A stretch of 41,161 nt of DNA from a virus, in UHGV virus genome UHGV-0045963; one strand, written 5' to 3'. How positions within the stretch are numbered: the stretch's first letter is position 1; each line of letters begins with the position of its first letter. Of the stretch, positions 1 through 8,684 are shown piece after piece. The notes below the pieces were generated by a model, which saw only the letters and a list, made by a program, of their open reading frames with translations, did not search any database and had not been told where the DNA came from. The translations under genes and the position numbers were made by a program.

Positions 1-237
1 ATATATCAAACAAAATAACCCTGATTAATGAATTATTACGTTTATCATGTTAACTCATCATTATTACATCATCATTGTAAATAATTAAATTAACTTTCAT
101 AACATTAAAATATGTATCAACTGACGCTTTTTTACATAACGAAGAATTGACCATTTTGTCCTGTTGTGCCTTAATGTAAGTACCGTCCACGGCGTGGGAC
201 ATACTTCAAGGAACCTTTTGTGAGTCAGGCAACCAGT

Positions 238-411
238 ATGCGAAAACGACACCGATTTAACAGTCGCATGACCCGTATCGTACTGCTCATCAGCTTTATC
301 TTCTTCTTTGGCCGTTTTATCTACTCGTCCGTCGGTGCCTGGCAGCACCATCAGAGCAAAAAAGAAGCTCAGCAATCCACACTCTCCGTCGAATCACCGG
401 TACAACGTTAG
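238..411 (+). CDS. small putative membrane protein (about 57 aa from the first in-frame ATG; the ORF-track start at 220 is GTG)
   Basis: One hydrophobic segment (IVLLISFIFFFGRFIY) followed by a polar tail; AT-rich upstream region; no recognisable family. Confidence 0.25.
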   Translation: MRKRHRFNSRMTRIVLLISFIFFFGRFIYSSVGAWQHHQSKKEAQQSTLSVESPVQR

Positions 412-721
412 CGGTTACCTTCTCCACTCTCACAGAACATAACGGCACCTCGCTGTCGGATGCTTTTGCTCTTTGAGATTATCAAAGCGGCAGATATTCT
501 TTCATCTTAAATTTTACGTCTTTGTTCTGACTGAAGTTCATCCTGTTCGGCTGCGAAATAAATACATCATTAATACATATGTTGTGATGATGTATTTTTA
601 TAAATTATTTCCCGCATGAATTTTAATAAATTTAATCTATTCCTTTATACGCAATACATTTACTTTCCTCTTTTGATGATCTTAAATGTCTCATTTTTCG
701 TAATGTGTATAACAAGGAATA

Positions 722-1240
722 GTGATGAAATTTAAAAAATGTCTTCTGCCTGTGGCAATGTTAGCGTCATTCACTCTGGCAGGATGCCAGTCAAATGCTG
801 ATGATCATGCCGCCGATGTTTATCAAACCGATCAACTGAATACCAAACAAGAAACTAAAACCGTTAATATTATTTCCATTCTTCCCGCAAAAGTTGCCGT
901 AGACAACGCCCAAAATAAACGGAACGCACAAGCCTTCGGCGCGCTTATTGGCGCTGTCGCTGGCGGTGTTATCGGCCACAACGTCGGGTCTGGCAGCAAT
1001 TCCGGAACGACGGCAGGTGCAGTTGGCGGCGGAGCTGTAGGCGCGGCAGCGGGTTCGATGGTGAATGATAAAACCTTAGTGGAAGGTGTTTCTTTAACAT
1101 ATAAGGAAGGCACCAAAGTGTATACCTCCACCCAGGTGGGTAAAGAGTGCCAGTTTACGACAGGTTTAGCCGTTGTTATTACCACGACGTATAACGAAAC
1201 GCGTATTCAGCCAAATACCAAATGTCCTGAAAAGAGCTAA
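722..1240 (+). CDS. lipoprotein with glycine-zipper-like segment (YcfJ-like), cargo or host gene
   Basis: Signal peptide ending in lipobox LAGC; Gly/Ala-rich stretch GALIGAVAGGVIGHNVGSG; RBS AAGGAA upstream of ATG. Confidence 0.7.
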   Translation: MMKFKKCLLPVAMLASFTLAGCQSNADDHAADVYQTDQLNTKQETKTVNIISILPAKVAVDNAQNKRNAQAFGALIGAVAGGVIGHNVGSGSNSGTTAGAVGGGAVGAAAGSMVNDKTLVEGVSLTYKEGTKVYTSTQVGKECQFTTGLAVVITTTYNETRIQPNTKCPEKS

Positions 1241-1255
1241 TAATCAGGAGGAGTC

Positions 1256-1795
1256 ATGAAGAAAGTTTTTCTTTGCGCCATCTTAGCCTCCTTAAGCTAT
1301 CCGGCTATCGCCTCATCATTGCAGGATCAACTCTCGGCTGTCGCAGAAGCGGAACAGCAAGGTAAAAATGAAGAGCAAAGGCAGCATGACGAATGGGTCG
1401 CGGAGCGCAACAGGGAAATCCAGCAAGAGAAGCAACGTCGCGCAAACGCCCAGGCCGCGGCTAATAAAAGAGCGGCAACGGCAGCAGCGAATAAGAAAGC
1501 TCGTCAGGATAAACTGGACGCCGAAGCCACTGCGGACAAAAAACGCGATCAAAGTTATGAAGATGAGCTACGTAGCTTAGAGATTCAGAAACAAAAACTG
1601 GCGCTGGCGAAAGAAGAAGCCCGCGTCAAGCGCGAAAACGAATTTATCGATCAGGAACTGAAGCACAAAGCTGCGCAAACCGATGTGGTGCAATCTGAAG
1701 CTGACGCAAACAGAAATATGACTGAAGGCGGTCGCGATCTGATGAAAAGCGTGGGCAAAGCAGAAGAGAACAAATCGGACAGCTGGTTTAATTAA
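1256..1795 (+). CDS. secreted coiled-coil protein, unknown function
   Basis: Strong RBS AGGAGG 6 nt upstream; N-terminal signal peptide (MKKVFLCAILASLSYPAIA); Lys/Glu/Ala/Gln-rich remainder. Confidence 0.65.
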   Translation: MKKVFLCAILASLSYPAIASSLQDQLSAVAEAEQQGKNEEQRQHDEWVAERNREIQQEKQRRANAQAAANKRAATAAANKKARQDKLDAEATADKKRDQSYEDELRSLEIQKQKLALAKEEARVKRENEFIDQELKHKAAQTDVVQSEADANRNMTEGGRDLMKSVGKAEENKSDSWFN

Positions 1796-1833
1796 TCGAT
1801 GTAAGTAACTTCAAGCCTATAATTCTTGAAGAT

Positions 1834-1866
1834 AAAAAACCCTCTGTAGTAACAGAGGGTTTTGTT
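1834..1866. terminator. bidirectional intrinsic terminator between the cargo genes and the lysis cassette
   Basis: Stem CCCTCTGT / ACAGAGGG with 4-nt loop, flanked by an A-run upstream and a T-run downstream. Confidence 0.6.
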
Positions 1867-2014
1867 CATTCATAGTGCAGGGATCAAAATCATTCCCACT
1901 CAATTATTCACGGACACCATAACCAATTGAGTGATAACATTTTTCCAAAGATGAATTTTTCCCATACCGTTTTATATACCGTCACCGGAAATCAGTACCA
2001 TGAAAAATGCCATG

Positions 2015-2497
2015 CTATCTGGTCAGGGTGTCGTACTGTTTTTCGCAGACTCTTCCGGCTTCGGCTGCCCGGTCAGCATACTCTGCCAGTTGTCTGTTTC
2101 TCTCGAGAGATTTGCTGAGCACGTCGGCAAGCAAAACTCCGGTGTCTGCGGCTGACGACCCAGCGCCGACAATGGCGTTATAGTGCCTGAGCTGCTCACG
2201 GATGGCAACGAGCTGTTGCTGCAACCGGCCAGCGCGAGCGGCAGCATCAAGAGCATCATTGCGCGCCTGGTCGATCCTCTGCTGCGATTCACGTTCATTG
2301 ATCGCTTTCTCCTGTTCGTAGTGCTGACGAACTCTCTCATCTTCAGTTTTGCGGTCTTCTTTCGCCTGAGCATACCCGGCGTCGTACTGACGACTGCCGT
2401 GCACATTCCAGGCAACAACTCCTGATGTGGCAAGAACAGCAAGCATCGCCACGATAATCAAATGTTTCCAGTATGCTTTTACGAATGCCCAGATCAT
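2015..2497 (-). CDS. Rz-like i-spanin
   Basis: N-terminal TM segment then charged coiled-coil region; start overlaps the endolysin stop (ATGA); last gene of the lysis cassette. Confidence 0.75.
   Translation of the reverse strand: MIWAFVKAYWKHLIIVAMLAVLATSGVVAWNVHGSRQYDAGYAQAKEDRKTEDERVRQHYEQEKAINERESQQRIDQARNDALDAAARAGRLQQQLVAIREQLRHYNAIVGAGSSAADTGVLLADVLSKSLERNRQLAEYADRAAEAGRVCEKQYDTLTR
2023..2259 (-). CDS. Rz1-like o-spanin embedded in the +1 frame of Rz
   Basis: Internal Met gives [13 protein letters not shown] (lipobox LAGC) followed by a Pro/Ser-rich short protein; fully embedded in Rz as in lambda Rz/Rz1. Exact start uncertain. Confidence 0.5.
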   Translation of the reverse strand: MMLLMLPLALAGCSNSSLPSVSSSGTITPLSALGRQPQTPEFCLPTCSANLSRETDNWQSMLTGQPKPEESAKNSTTP

Positions 2498-3123
2498 ACA
2501 GCCAGCACCTTACTGGCAATGATGTATCGGGCGCGGCGGTCATCAATGCCGTTCCGGCCACCATTGATAATCAGAGTTACACGTGCAATATCGCCGGTAT
2601 ACTTCATGCAGCCTTTGCTGGAGAAGAACCAGGCCGCGCTACGGGCCGCGTATTCGTCCTGTGCCAGCAGTTCAGGATTCTCCAGCAGGTCAACTTTCAG
2701 ACCGTTTCCGCAGTCACGATAGTTATTCAAGCCGGTAATCTGGATAAGTCCGCGCCCACGGTAGTTCCAGCCATCACCAGGGGCATTGTTCCCCATGCGT
2801 TTGCTGTACACCAGATTGGCGATAGCGCGCTGTCGCTCAAGTGGTAATGCTGCTTCACCAGCACGGCGACCCAGTGCATTAGCCTGCCCCTGGGTGAGAC
2901 GCCCAGCCCGAACGAAGTTAGCCAGTCCGGTGACACTGTAGTTGAAATTTTCCTGCAACCGGGTGAAGCCCCCAGACTCATGCCCGACCTGAGCAATAAA
3001 CATTGCCTGATCTTCGGGTTTGCTGATTCCAAACTCTTTCATCGCAGAAGTTATATGCAAGAACCAGCGTTCGGCCAGCGCCTCGCTAATACCAGCAGCA
3101 CGCTGGAATTGTTTAATCTCCAT
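2494..3123 (-). CDS. endolysin, glycoside hydrolase family 19 (chitinase-like lysozyme)
   Basis: GH19-type motifs ([10 protein letters not shown]; [16 protein letters not shown]; AAWFFSS); RBS GAGG; sits between holin and Rz. Confidence 0.85.
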   Translation of the reverse strand: MEIKQFQRAAGISEALAERWFLHITSAMKEFGISKPEDQAMFIAQVGHESGGFTRLQENFNYSVTGLANFVRAGRLTQGQANALGRRAGEAALPLERQRAIANLVYSKRMGNNAPGDGWNYRGRGLIQITGLNNYRDCGNGLKVDLLENPELLAQDEYAARSAAWFFSSKGCMKYTGDIARVTLIINGGRNGIDDRRARYIIASKVLAV

Positions 3124-3421
3124 GTTTAGACCTCGTTATTTTGAAAATTTGAACGACGTTACCGCGAGTTTTAAGAACCGCAGCAAGCATGACAGCGTTA
3201 ATAATGACCTCAGATAAATCCACAGCCATTGGCGTACGTAACCAGATTGCATAGGCGACTCGAACAGGAATACTGGCCGCAGCAACAATCAGGAAATAAG
3301 CAAGCCATCCTCCCCACCTTCGGTGTTGAGAGCCGTTACGCCGGAATGTGACAACGCGAATTGCTATGCCAGTGCAAATAACTGCATTGGTGATAAGCAA
3401 AAAAAACTCATGCGTTACCAT
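3113..3421 (-). CDS. holin or antiholin-like small membrane protein
   Basis: 102 aa with 2-3 predicted TM segments; RBS GGGGAG; overlaps both neighbours. Confidence 0.5.
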   Translation of the reverse strand: MVTHEFFLLITNAVICTGIAIRVVTFRRNGSQHRRWGGWLAYFLIVAAASIPVRVAYAIWLRTPMAVDLSEVIINAVMLAAVLKTRGNVVQIFKITRSKHGD

Positions 3422-3812
3422 CGTCTTTTCTCCCCGGAATTAACTCGCGTGGATTATCGGAAAGGTGATAGAGCCATATACCAATACGCACAGCGACAAT
3501 TGCTGACACGAATGCGCCTGCAGAGAAAACAATCCCTTTTTCAAAAGAGTCCTGCGTGATGGTAGGGATCAGGCTAGCTATGCCGATAAGAATTGATGCT
3601 GCTGGTTTGTAAAAGAGAAGGCCGCAAAGAAAGCTGAGCATCGACATGAGCACCCGGCGACGGATGGGGTACTCTACTGCAGAGGTAACAAAAATTACCG
3701 CCCCAGCCAAAGCCCCTAAAGCAACCTCCGGAGGGACACCTGCAATAACCGCAGCAAGAGAACCAAAACTAAGCAACTGATTTAATTGCTCACTTGTTAC
3801 TTGAGCAGACAT
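3408..3812 (-). CDS. holin-like membrane protein
   Basis: 134 aa with about four hydrophobic segments and a charged C-terminus; RBS AGGAGAAAGT; first gene of the lysis cassette. Confidence 0.6.
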   Translation of the reverse strand: MSAQVTSEQLNQLLSFGSLAAVIAGVPPEVALGALAGAVIFVTSAVEYPIRRRVLMSMLSFLCGLLFYKPAASILIGIASLIPTITQDSFEKGIVFSAGAFVSAIVAVRIGIWLYHLSDNPRELIPGRKDDGNA

Positions 3813-4118
3813 ACTTTCTCCTGTTTACTATCTATAAGCCAGTCAATTATTGATGACTAAACCCGCATAGTAAACCATATATGAATCATTATTGTTCCAT
3901 ATCATATATCTCAATAAAAGTACTAATTATTTTACAGAACGAGCCAGCAGAGTGGGGGCAGTTGTACAGGAACCATAGACTTAATTTTGTATTTAATAAT
4001 GCTATGGTGTAATAAACCTGAACATGTATTTAAAATACGTACTGATTCATGATAGAATTCAAAGATAACTTTTCACCAACTCCGTTTTTGATACCCGCAA
4101 AATATTGCGGGCTTTTTT

Positions 4119-7100
4119 TTAACGTTCTTCCAGAGACTGAATCCGCTCTTTTATCTTATCCATTTCTCTGCGCTGCCATGCTGCCTCGATATAGAATAAG
4201 AGATCAGGTCTGACCCCCCATCTAGATCCTGCTGGCGTTATTTCAACGCGCTCAATGATGTCTTCCATTACCATCACTGGATTATCATCCTCATCAACAA
4301 TGATGCTCCCGTCATTATCAGTCAGCTGTATTTCCCTTTGGCCAGTAATGACGTCATCATATACTGCGGGATAATCGTCATAGCAAAGAAAGGCATAGCG
4401 GCATGTTGTGCTTTCTTCTTCCATGAGTCCGTGAGAAATAAGAACATCACGAAGTTGCTGCGCGATTACACCATGATGTATCCTCGCCCCTTCTTCTCCC
4501 TTTATAGCGACAGCGTTCAGCCATTTATAAGCGATATACCTGACGTCACCCCAGGCATCCAGCAATGCTTCGTCAGGAGAGACCGGCTCTGTCTTTAATG
4601 TTCCGTCACTGGTAACCACAGGATTGGAGCCAAGATAAACTGTCGAGAACCTGTTTCCCGGACCACCAAGAGCATTTACATTATCAAGATAAGGTTTAAC
4701 ATCTCCGTTCTCAAAAAGATGTTCGAGTGCGTTATATACCGCGCGACGTGGAGTACTGCTTCCGGAACCATGCAACGTTATCATTGCACCATCTGCTGAA
4801 GACGTTGTTTCACCGCCGCTAACGATTAATCTCTGAGCGGTAACATCATCAGACGGTACTTTCTTCGCAATAATGGCGTAATTGCCCTCCAGTTTGACTT
4901 CCGCGCGAACTTGTCCTGATGTACCTGCATGGACAGTCAGTGACTGGACGGCAACATCATCTGTGAAATCAACGGGTACAGGAACCGTCCTCACGCCGGA
5001 CGTCGACATAAAAGTAGGAAGCGTTCTGTTAGGAGTGGCTCCGTAGACAAAATCCCTTGAAACAAATTCTTCCTGTTTAATTTTCACCCTGAAACAATAC
5101 AAATCAGCCGGGTGACCATCGTGAACATAAGGATATTTTCTGTTGTTATCCCCTATGCTCCATGGGTTTAGAAAGTCTTCCCCACCGAAAATGTAGTACA
5201 GCCAGTTGTCTTTGATACAAACTGAACCAACACCAACCGCAGAGTTAACTATTCCGCCCTGATAAATCTGATCAGTAACATTAACCCACTCTACATTATC
5301 CAGACTCCACTCATTGACGTTAACTCTGGTCATAAATGTTCTTGGATAATTTCCTGCATAACGGTTATCAGGTTCTCCTCCTTCCCACTCACCAAATGCG
5401 CGCTCACTGCCAAAAATAATCAGCTCATCGCCAACTTTGGCAAAAGGAAGGTTTGAGTGATGAACATTATTTGGGAAGCGAAGAGAATTCCATGATGCAC
5501 CTAAATCAGAGCTTCTGTGCAATGAACTACCGGGTTGAGTACTTAATGTCCCCCTGGTCGTCAGATACAGAATGCCATCATAATATTTTACACATGGCTC
5601 AGATGCATTCGCCTCATATTCTGCAGGTATGCGTCTGCGAACAAAGCTACCAGGAGAACCGAAAGCATCAGAGAAATAGAGTATCCCAAGCTCGCGTGGA
5701 CCAATATCACCATTATGGTAGCCAACAGCAAAACTGTTATCGCTAATCGTCGCAAAACTGTGAATCTCAGTAACAGGAGTGCTTCCGTCAACAAAAGAAG
5801 AAATAGTTCCAAGACTGGTTTTTCTCCATGGTGACGAGTGAAATGATGTACCAAAACTCCAGTATCTACCCTCGTTATTCTGATCCACATCCTGAGTATT
5901 TTGCGTCGTAACTGTAAAAGTATTTTTATCAATAACAGTAGTCACCGTCATATTCCCGGTAACACCTGTAACACCAGAGTTTGAGAAGTTGACAAAATCA
6001 CCAGCAAATAATCCGTGATCAGTAATGCGAATATAAGCGACTTGCTGATTTGCTGCTTTCGTTATACCACCATAAACGCGAAGGCTGCGACTCATTGGAC
6101 GATCCCACAACTCTGCAACCTGCAGTTTATTTCCGCGCACGGTCCGCGTCTCAATTACAGCAAAAAGGCGATTTCTGACAACCCCCATACTCATGCAGTG
6201 ATAGTTAACTGTGGGATAGTTTTCATGTAAATCTGTAAGCCATTCCGGCGTTGTCCAGGTCTTCCCGTCATCTCCTGAGCGAACCCATGCAACATGGAGG
6301 TTATTTACACCATGGCGGTCTCCAGCCATAAAAGGCGCATAGATGACATTGTCATATACAAACGTTTTATCCTGCGTCCAGGCGTTGTACCACGGTGTAT
6401 CTGTAATTTTAAATAACTCTCCCTGGATAAAATCTTCAGAAGCATAAAAAAGAGGCTGACCCGGTATTCTCTCAAATAAAAAACGAGCATTTTTAAATCG
6501 GCTGACATCCGGAAGAGTTGATACTTTAAAAGTAAGCCCTAATCCGTCAATTTTATAACCTGGAGATGAGGCTTCAAGGCACGCGCTTATTGCAGTGGAA
6601 TCGTCATTTATACCATCACCAACAGCTCCAAAATCTTTGGGGCTAATAGCATCACGCATTTTATCCTGGAACGTTCGGTATACTGCCCCAGAACCATACT
6701 GAATAAACCAACCAAAACCACCAACAACCCCGGCGATTGCAGCATCGACATAATTACGCATTGAGCGATTATTTACAGCGTCCTGTTCAAGTGATGGATC
6801 TGCAAGGTTAGAAATTCTGTTTTGCTTTGCATCGTAATATTTTGCAAGCAAAGATGGTTTCATCAATGCACGTCTGAACCATCCAAAACATTGCTGGATC
6901 AGCATCGTCAGGTAGTCAAAGGCATCTTCATGCACTTCGGGGAAAAACTTTCCCTGATTGCGAAGGTCTGTCTCCTGCACTACATCAAGCACACGATCTA
7001 TCGTAATTCTCCATCCAGTAGCAAGCGGCGACGGAAGAACCACAGAACCGCCACTATAAGTGCCCGCCCCAGTTACCGTATAACCGGTATCCAGAACCAA

Positions 7101-7238
7101 TTCTGTTACGTTCCCGTTCAGGTCAGACACCTGAACAACCAGGTCGGATTTTCTGAAAATTCGAAAAGTATACGGAAACGATGTCGTAACGCCGTTACCG
7201 GTGTATTCGTTGTGGTCAACTTCGGTTGAGACCGTCAT
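4119..7238 (-). CDS. tailspike with sialidase-like (endo-N-acetylneuraminidase-like) central domain and C-terminal intramolecular chaperone (peptidase S74-like) domain
   Basis: 1039 aa; two Asp-box motifs (SGDDGKTW, SSDLGASW); C-terminal TSDGTLK ... GVIAQQL pattern of self-cleaving chaperone domains; phage fibre-type N-terminus (TGNGVTTSFPYTF). Confidence 0.85.
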   Translation of the reverse strand: MTVSTEVDHNEYTGNGVTTSFPYTFRIFRKSDLVVQVSDLNGNVTELVLDTGYTVTGAGTYSGGSVVLPSPLATGWRITIDRVLDVVQETDLRNQGKFFPEVHEDAFDYLTMLIQQCFGWFRRALMKPSLLAKYYDAKQNRISNLADPSLEQDAVNNRSMRNYVDAAIAGVVGGFGWFIQYGSGAVYRTFQDKMRDAISPKDFGAVGDGINDDSTAISACLEASSPGYKIDGLGLTFKVSTLPDVSRFKNARFLFERIPGQPLFYASEDFIQGELFKITDTPWYNAWTQDKTFVYDNVIYAPFMAGDRHGVNNLHVAWVRSGDDGKTWTTPEWLTDLHENYPTVNYHCMSMGVVRNRLFAVIETRTVRGNKLQVAELWDRPMSRSLRVYGGITKAANQQVAYIRITDHGLFAGDFVNFSNSGVTGVTGNMTVTTVIDKNTFTVTTQNTQDVDQNNEGRYWSFGTSFHSSPWRKTSLGTISSFVDGSTPVTEIHSFATISDNSFAVGYHNGDIGPRELGILYFSDAFGSPGSFVRRRIPAEYEANASEPCVKYYDGILYLTTRGTLSTQPGSSLHRSSDLGASWNSLRFPNNVHHSNLPFAKVGDELIIFGSERAFGEWEGGEPDNRYAGNYPRTFMTRVNVNEWSLDNVEWVNVTDQIYQGGIVNSAVGVGSVCIKDNWLYYIFGGEDFLNPWSIGDNNRKYPYVHDGHPADLYCFRVKIKQEEFVSRDFVYGATPNRTLPTFMSTSGVRTVPVPVDFTDDVAVQSLTVHAGTSGQVRAEVKLEGNYAIIAKKVPSDDVTAQRLIVSGGETTSSADGAMITLHGSGSSTPRRAVYNALEHLFENGDVKPYLDNVNALGGPGNRFSTVYLGSNPVVTSDGTLKTEPVSPDEALLDAWGDVRYIAYKWLNAVAIKGEEGARIHHGVIAQQLRDVLISHGLMEEESTTCRYAFLCYDDYPAVYDDVITGQREIQLTDNDGSIIVDEDDNPVMVMEDIIERVEITPAGSRWGVRPDLLFYIEAAWQRREMDKIKERIQSLEER

Positions 7239-7341
7239 GTTAAATCTCCAGATAGTCGCAGCACCCGTTGCGCCGCATATCTGGTCATTCTATTACCTAA
7301 AAAACCACATATGGATAGAAAGACTGTGAATACGAATAGAT

Positions 7342-7358
7342 ATTACCTTTCGGGTAAT
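7342..7358. promoter_or_regulatory. 17-bp palindromic operator-like site ATTACCTTTCGGGTAAT
   Basis: Perfect inverted repeat of the ATTACC-N5-GGTAAT family; lies in the divergent region between tailspike and the LexA-box gene. Confidence 0.6.
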
Positions 7359-7394
7359 TTGCAAAACGTGCTGGATAGCAAACAAATTATTTGC

Positions 7395-7414
7395 TACTGT
7401 ATAAATATACAGTT
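7395..7414 (+). promoter_or_regulatory. LexA (SOS) box TACTGTATAAATATACAGTT
   Basis: CTGT-N8-ACAG with AT-rich centre, 18 of 20 matches to the consensus TACTGTATATATATACAGTA; ends 6 nt before the ATG at 7420. Confidence 0.7.
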
Positions 7415-7419
7415 ATTGC

Positions 7420-7692
7420 ATGGAGAATATTAAGATGCAGCAGTATCACTATCCACTGGAAGACGGATTTACCGAAAGGATTCACACGCCGGGAGGCGTC
7501 AGGTCACTGGTGGAGGGATCGCACTTGATGAAATTACTCCGGGATCTCGATAAGGATGGATTTAATGTCGATGGCCCACTTGCCGAACTGACTGCACTGA
7601 TTAACTACGTCACCAGCTCACAGATGTCTATGCAGGATCTGCAAACACATCTCGACTATTGTGCCGAACAATTACGAAAACAAACCCGGTAA
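7420..7692 (+). CDS. small antirepressor-like protein (standalone homologue of the Ant C-terminal domain); an alternative start is ATG 7435
   Basis: Residues RIHTPGGVRSLVEGSHLMKLLRDL...ELTALINYV...DLQTHLDYC align with the C-terminus of the 8843..9529 protein (LIHSPSGVLGLTENSLLMNLLNQL...ELTTMFCYI...DIQTHAEYI). Confidence 0.6.
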   Translation: MENIKMQQYHYPLEDGFTERIHTPGGVRSLVEGSHLMKLLRDLDKDGFNVDGPLAELTALINYVTSSQMSMQDLQTHLDYCAEQLRKQTR

Positions 7693-7698
7693 ATTTAA

Positions 7699-7716
7699 AG
7701 GCCGCAAGAGCGGCCT
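7699..7716. terminator. hairpin shared by the convergent genes 7420..7692 and 7715..8443
   Basis: AGGCCGC AAGA GCGGCCT stem-loop; overlaps the stop codon of the minus-strand gene. Confidence 0.45.
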
Positions 7717-8443
7717 ATCGTTTCGCTTTGTGCTCATCCCAGCACGTTTTGCACCATGCCATTAAGCCGTCCGCATTTTGATTATTAGGGTAAAAGCTGG
7801 TTCGTTTTCTGCGGACATTACAAATTGGGCACCACTTCATATGGCGTGTATTCTTTGGGCCATCGAGACACCTTGCACACCACTTAGTCAATCCATCTGG
7901 ATTTTTTGACGATTTCCTGAATTTTTCATATGGAAGGTTTATTCTGCATCGCAAGCACTGCTTGCTACCACTTGAAACTCTGTTAGCTGATTCTTCTTTT
8001 GGCGGCGATACAGAAGGTATTCTTGCTGGCTCTGATACTGCCTGAGGTGCTTTTTTAGATGACTGAGACGATATGTCATCACCAGGGAATCTTCCATGAT
8101 ATGCCGGACGCGTTGACACTCCAGGTGGAAGCTCAGCTGTAAACGGCTTTGGCTGAATCAGTTGCCTCTCTTTTGCTAACTCCTGCTGTTTATAATATGT
8201 CTGGATTACCGCACTATCATAAGCAGGAGGTGCGGAAATATTAGGCGCATTACCTCCAGTTTTTTGAAACTGAGTAGAGGTGTGTTCTATCACCTGTGTA
8301 CGATTAATCGTTATCTCCCCATCTTCGGTCTTTATCGTTTTGTTATGATTAACGACCGTACGATCAGAGATCTTAGTCTTGTTCTGGTTGATAACGTAAA
8401 TAATCACCGCAACCACACCAACAACTATCCAGAAAACTTCCAT
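7715..8443 (-). CDS. membrane-anchored protein with C-terminal tandem Cys4 zinc-ribbon-like repeats, unknown function
   Basis: N-terminal TM (VFWIVVGVVAVIIYVI), Ser/Pro/Gln-rich linker, two repeats C-x2-C ... WC-x-x-C (CLRCR...WCARC; CPICN...WCKTC); RBS GAGGAAAAGCA. Confidence 0.6.
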   Translation of the reverse strand: MEVFWIVVGVVAVIIYVINQNKTKISDRTVVNHNKTIKTEDGEITINRTQVIEHTSTQFQKTGGNAPNISAPPAYDSAVIQTYYKQQELAKERQLIQPKPFTAELPPGVSTRPAYHGRFPGDDISSQSSKKAPQAVSEPARIPSVSPPKEESANRVSSGSKQCLRCRINLPYEKFRKSSKNPDGLTKWCARCLDGPKNTRHMKWCPICNVRRKRTSFYPNNQNADGLMAWCKTCWDEHKAKR

Positions 8444-8462
8444 TGCTTTTCCTCACAATAAC

Positions 8463-8479
8463 ATTACCTTAAAGGTAAT
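8463..8479. promoter_or_regulatory. operator-like palindrome ATTACCTTAAAGGTAAT
   Basis: Perfect 17-bp inverted repeat between divergent genes 7715..8443 and ant. Confidence 0.6.
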
Positions 8480-8555
8480 ATCTTGCTTTCAGGTGATCAA
8501 GCGTTAAACGCAATCAACCAAATACGGTTGATTTTTATATTTATCAGCGTTTATC

Positions 8556-8572
8556 ATTACCTTTGCGGTAAA
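8556..8572. promoter_or_regulatory. operator-like palindrome ATTACCTTTGCGGTAAA
   Basis: Second copy 93 bp from the first, upstream of the ant leader. Confidence 0.55.
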
Positions 8573-8662
8573 TTTACATCGCACTCCTCTTGTGCCATAG
8601 TAATCGAGCACTGGCAAAATCCAGTGCCGGGATTTGCACCCCGGATTACTAAAAGGCGCATA

Positions 8663-8684
8663 CCACGCCAGACGTGGTTTTTTT
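8663..8684 (+). terminator. intrinsic terminator inside the ant leader
   Basis: Stem CCACG / CGTGG with loop CCAGA followed by T7; about 160 nt upstream of the ant ATG. Confidence 0.55.

Noticed and set aside
97-375. 92-aa minus-strand ORF at the left end
   Set aside because: It overlaps the more plausible plus-strand small membrane ORF and has no start context.
4338-7229. Multiple 60-135-aa ORFs on either strand inside the tailspike gene (for example 5588..5932 and 6822..7229)
   Set aside because: Fully nested in a long, well-supported coding region and lacking start signals; chance ORFs.
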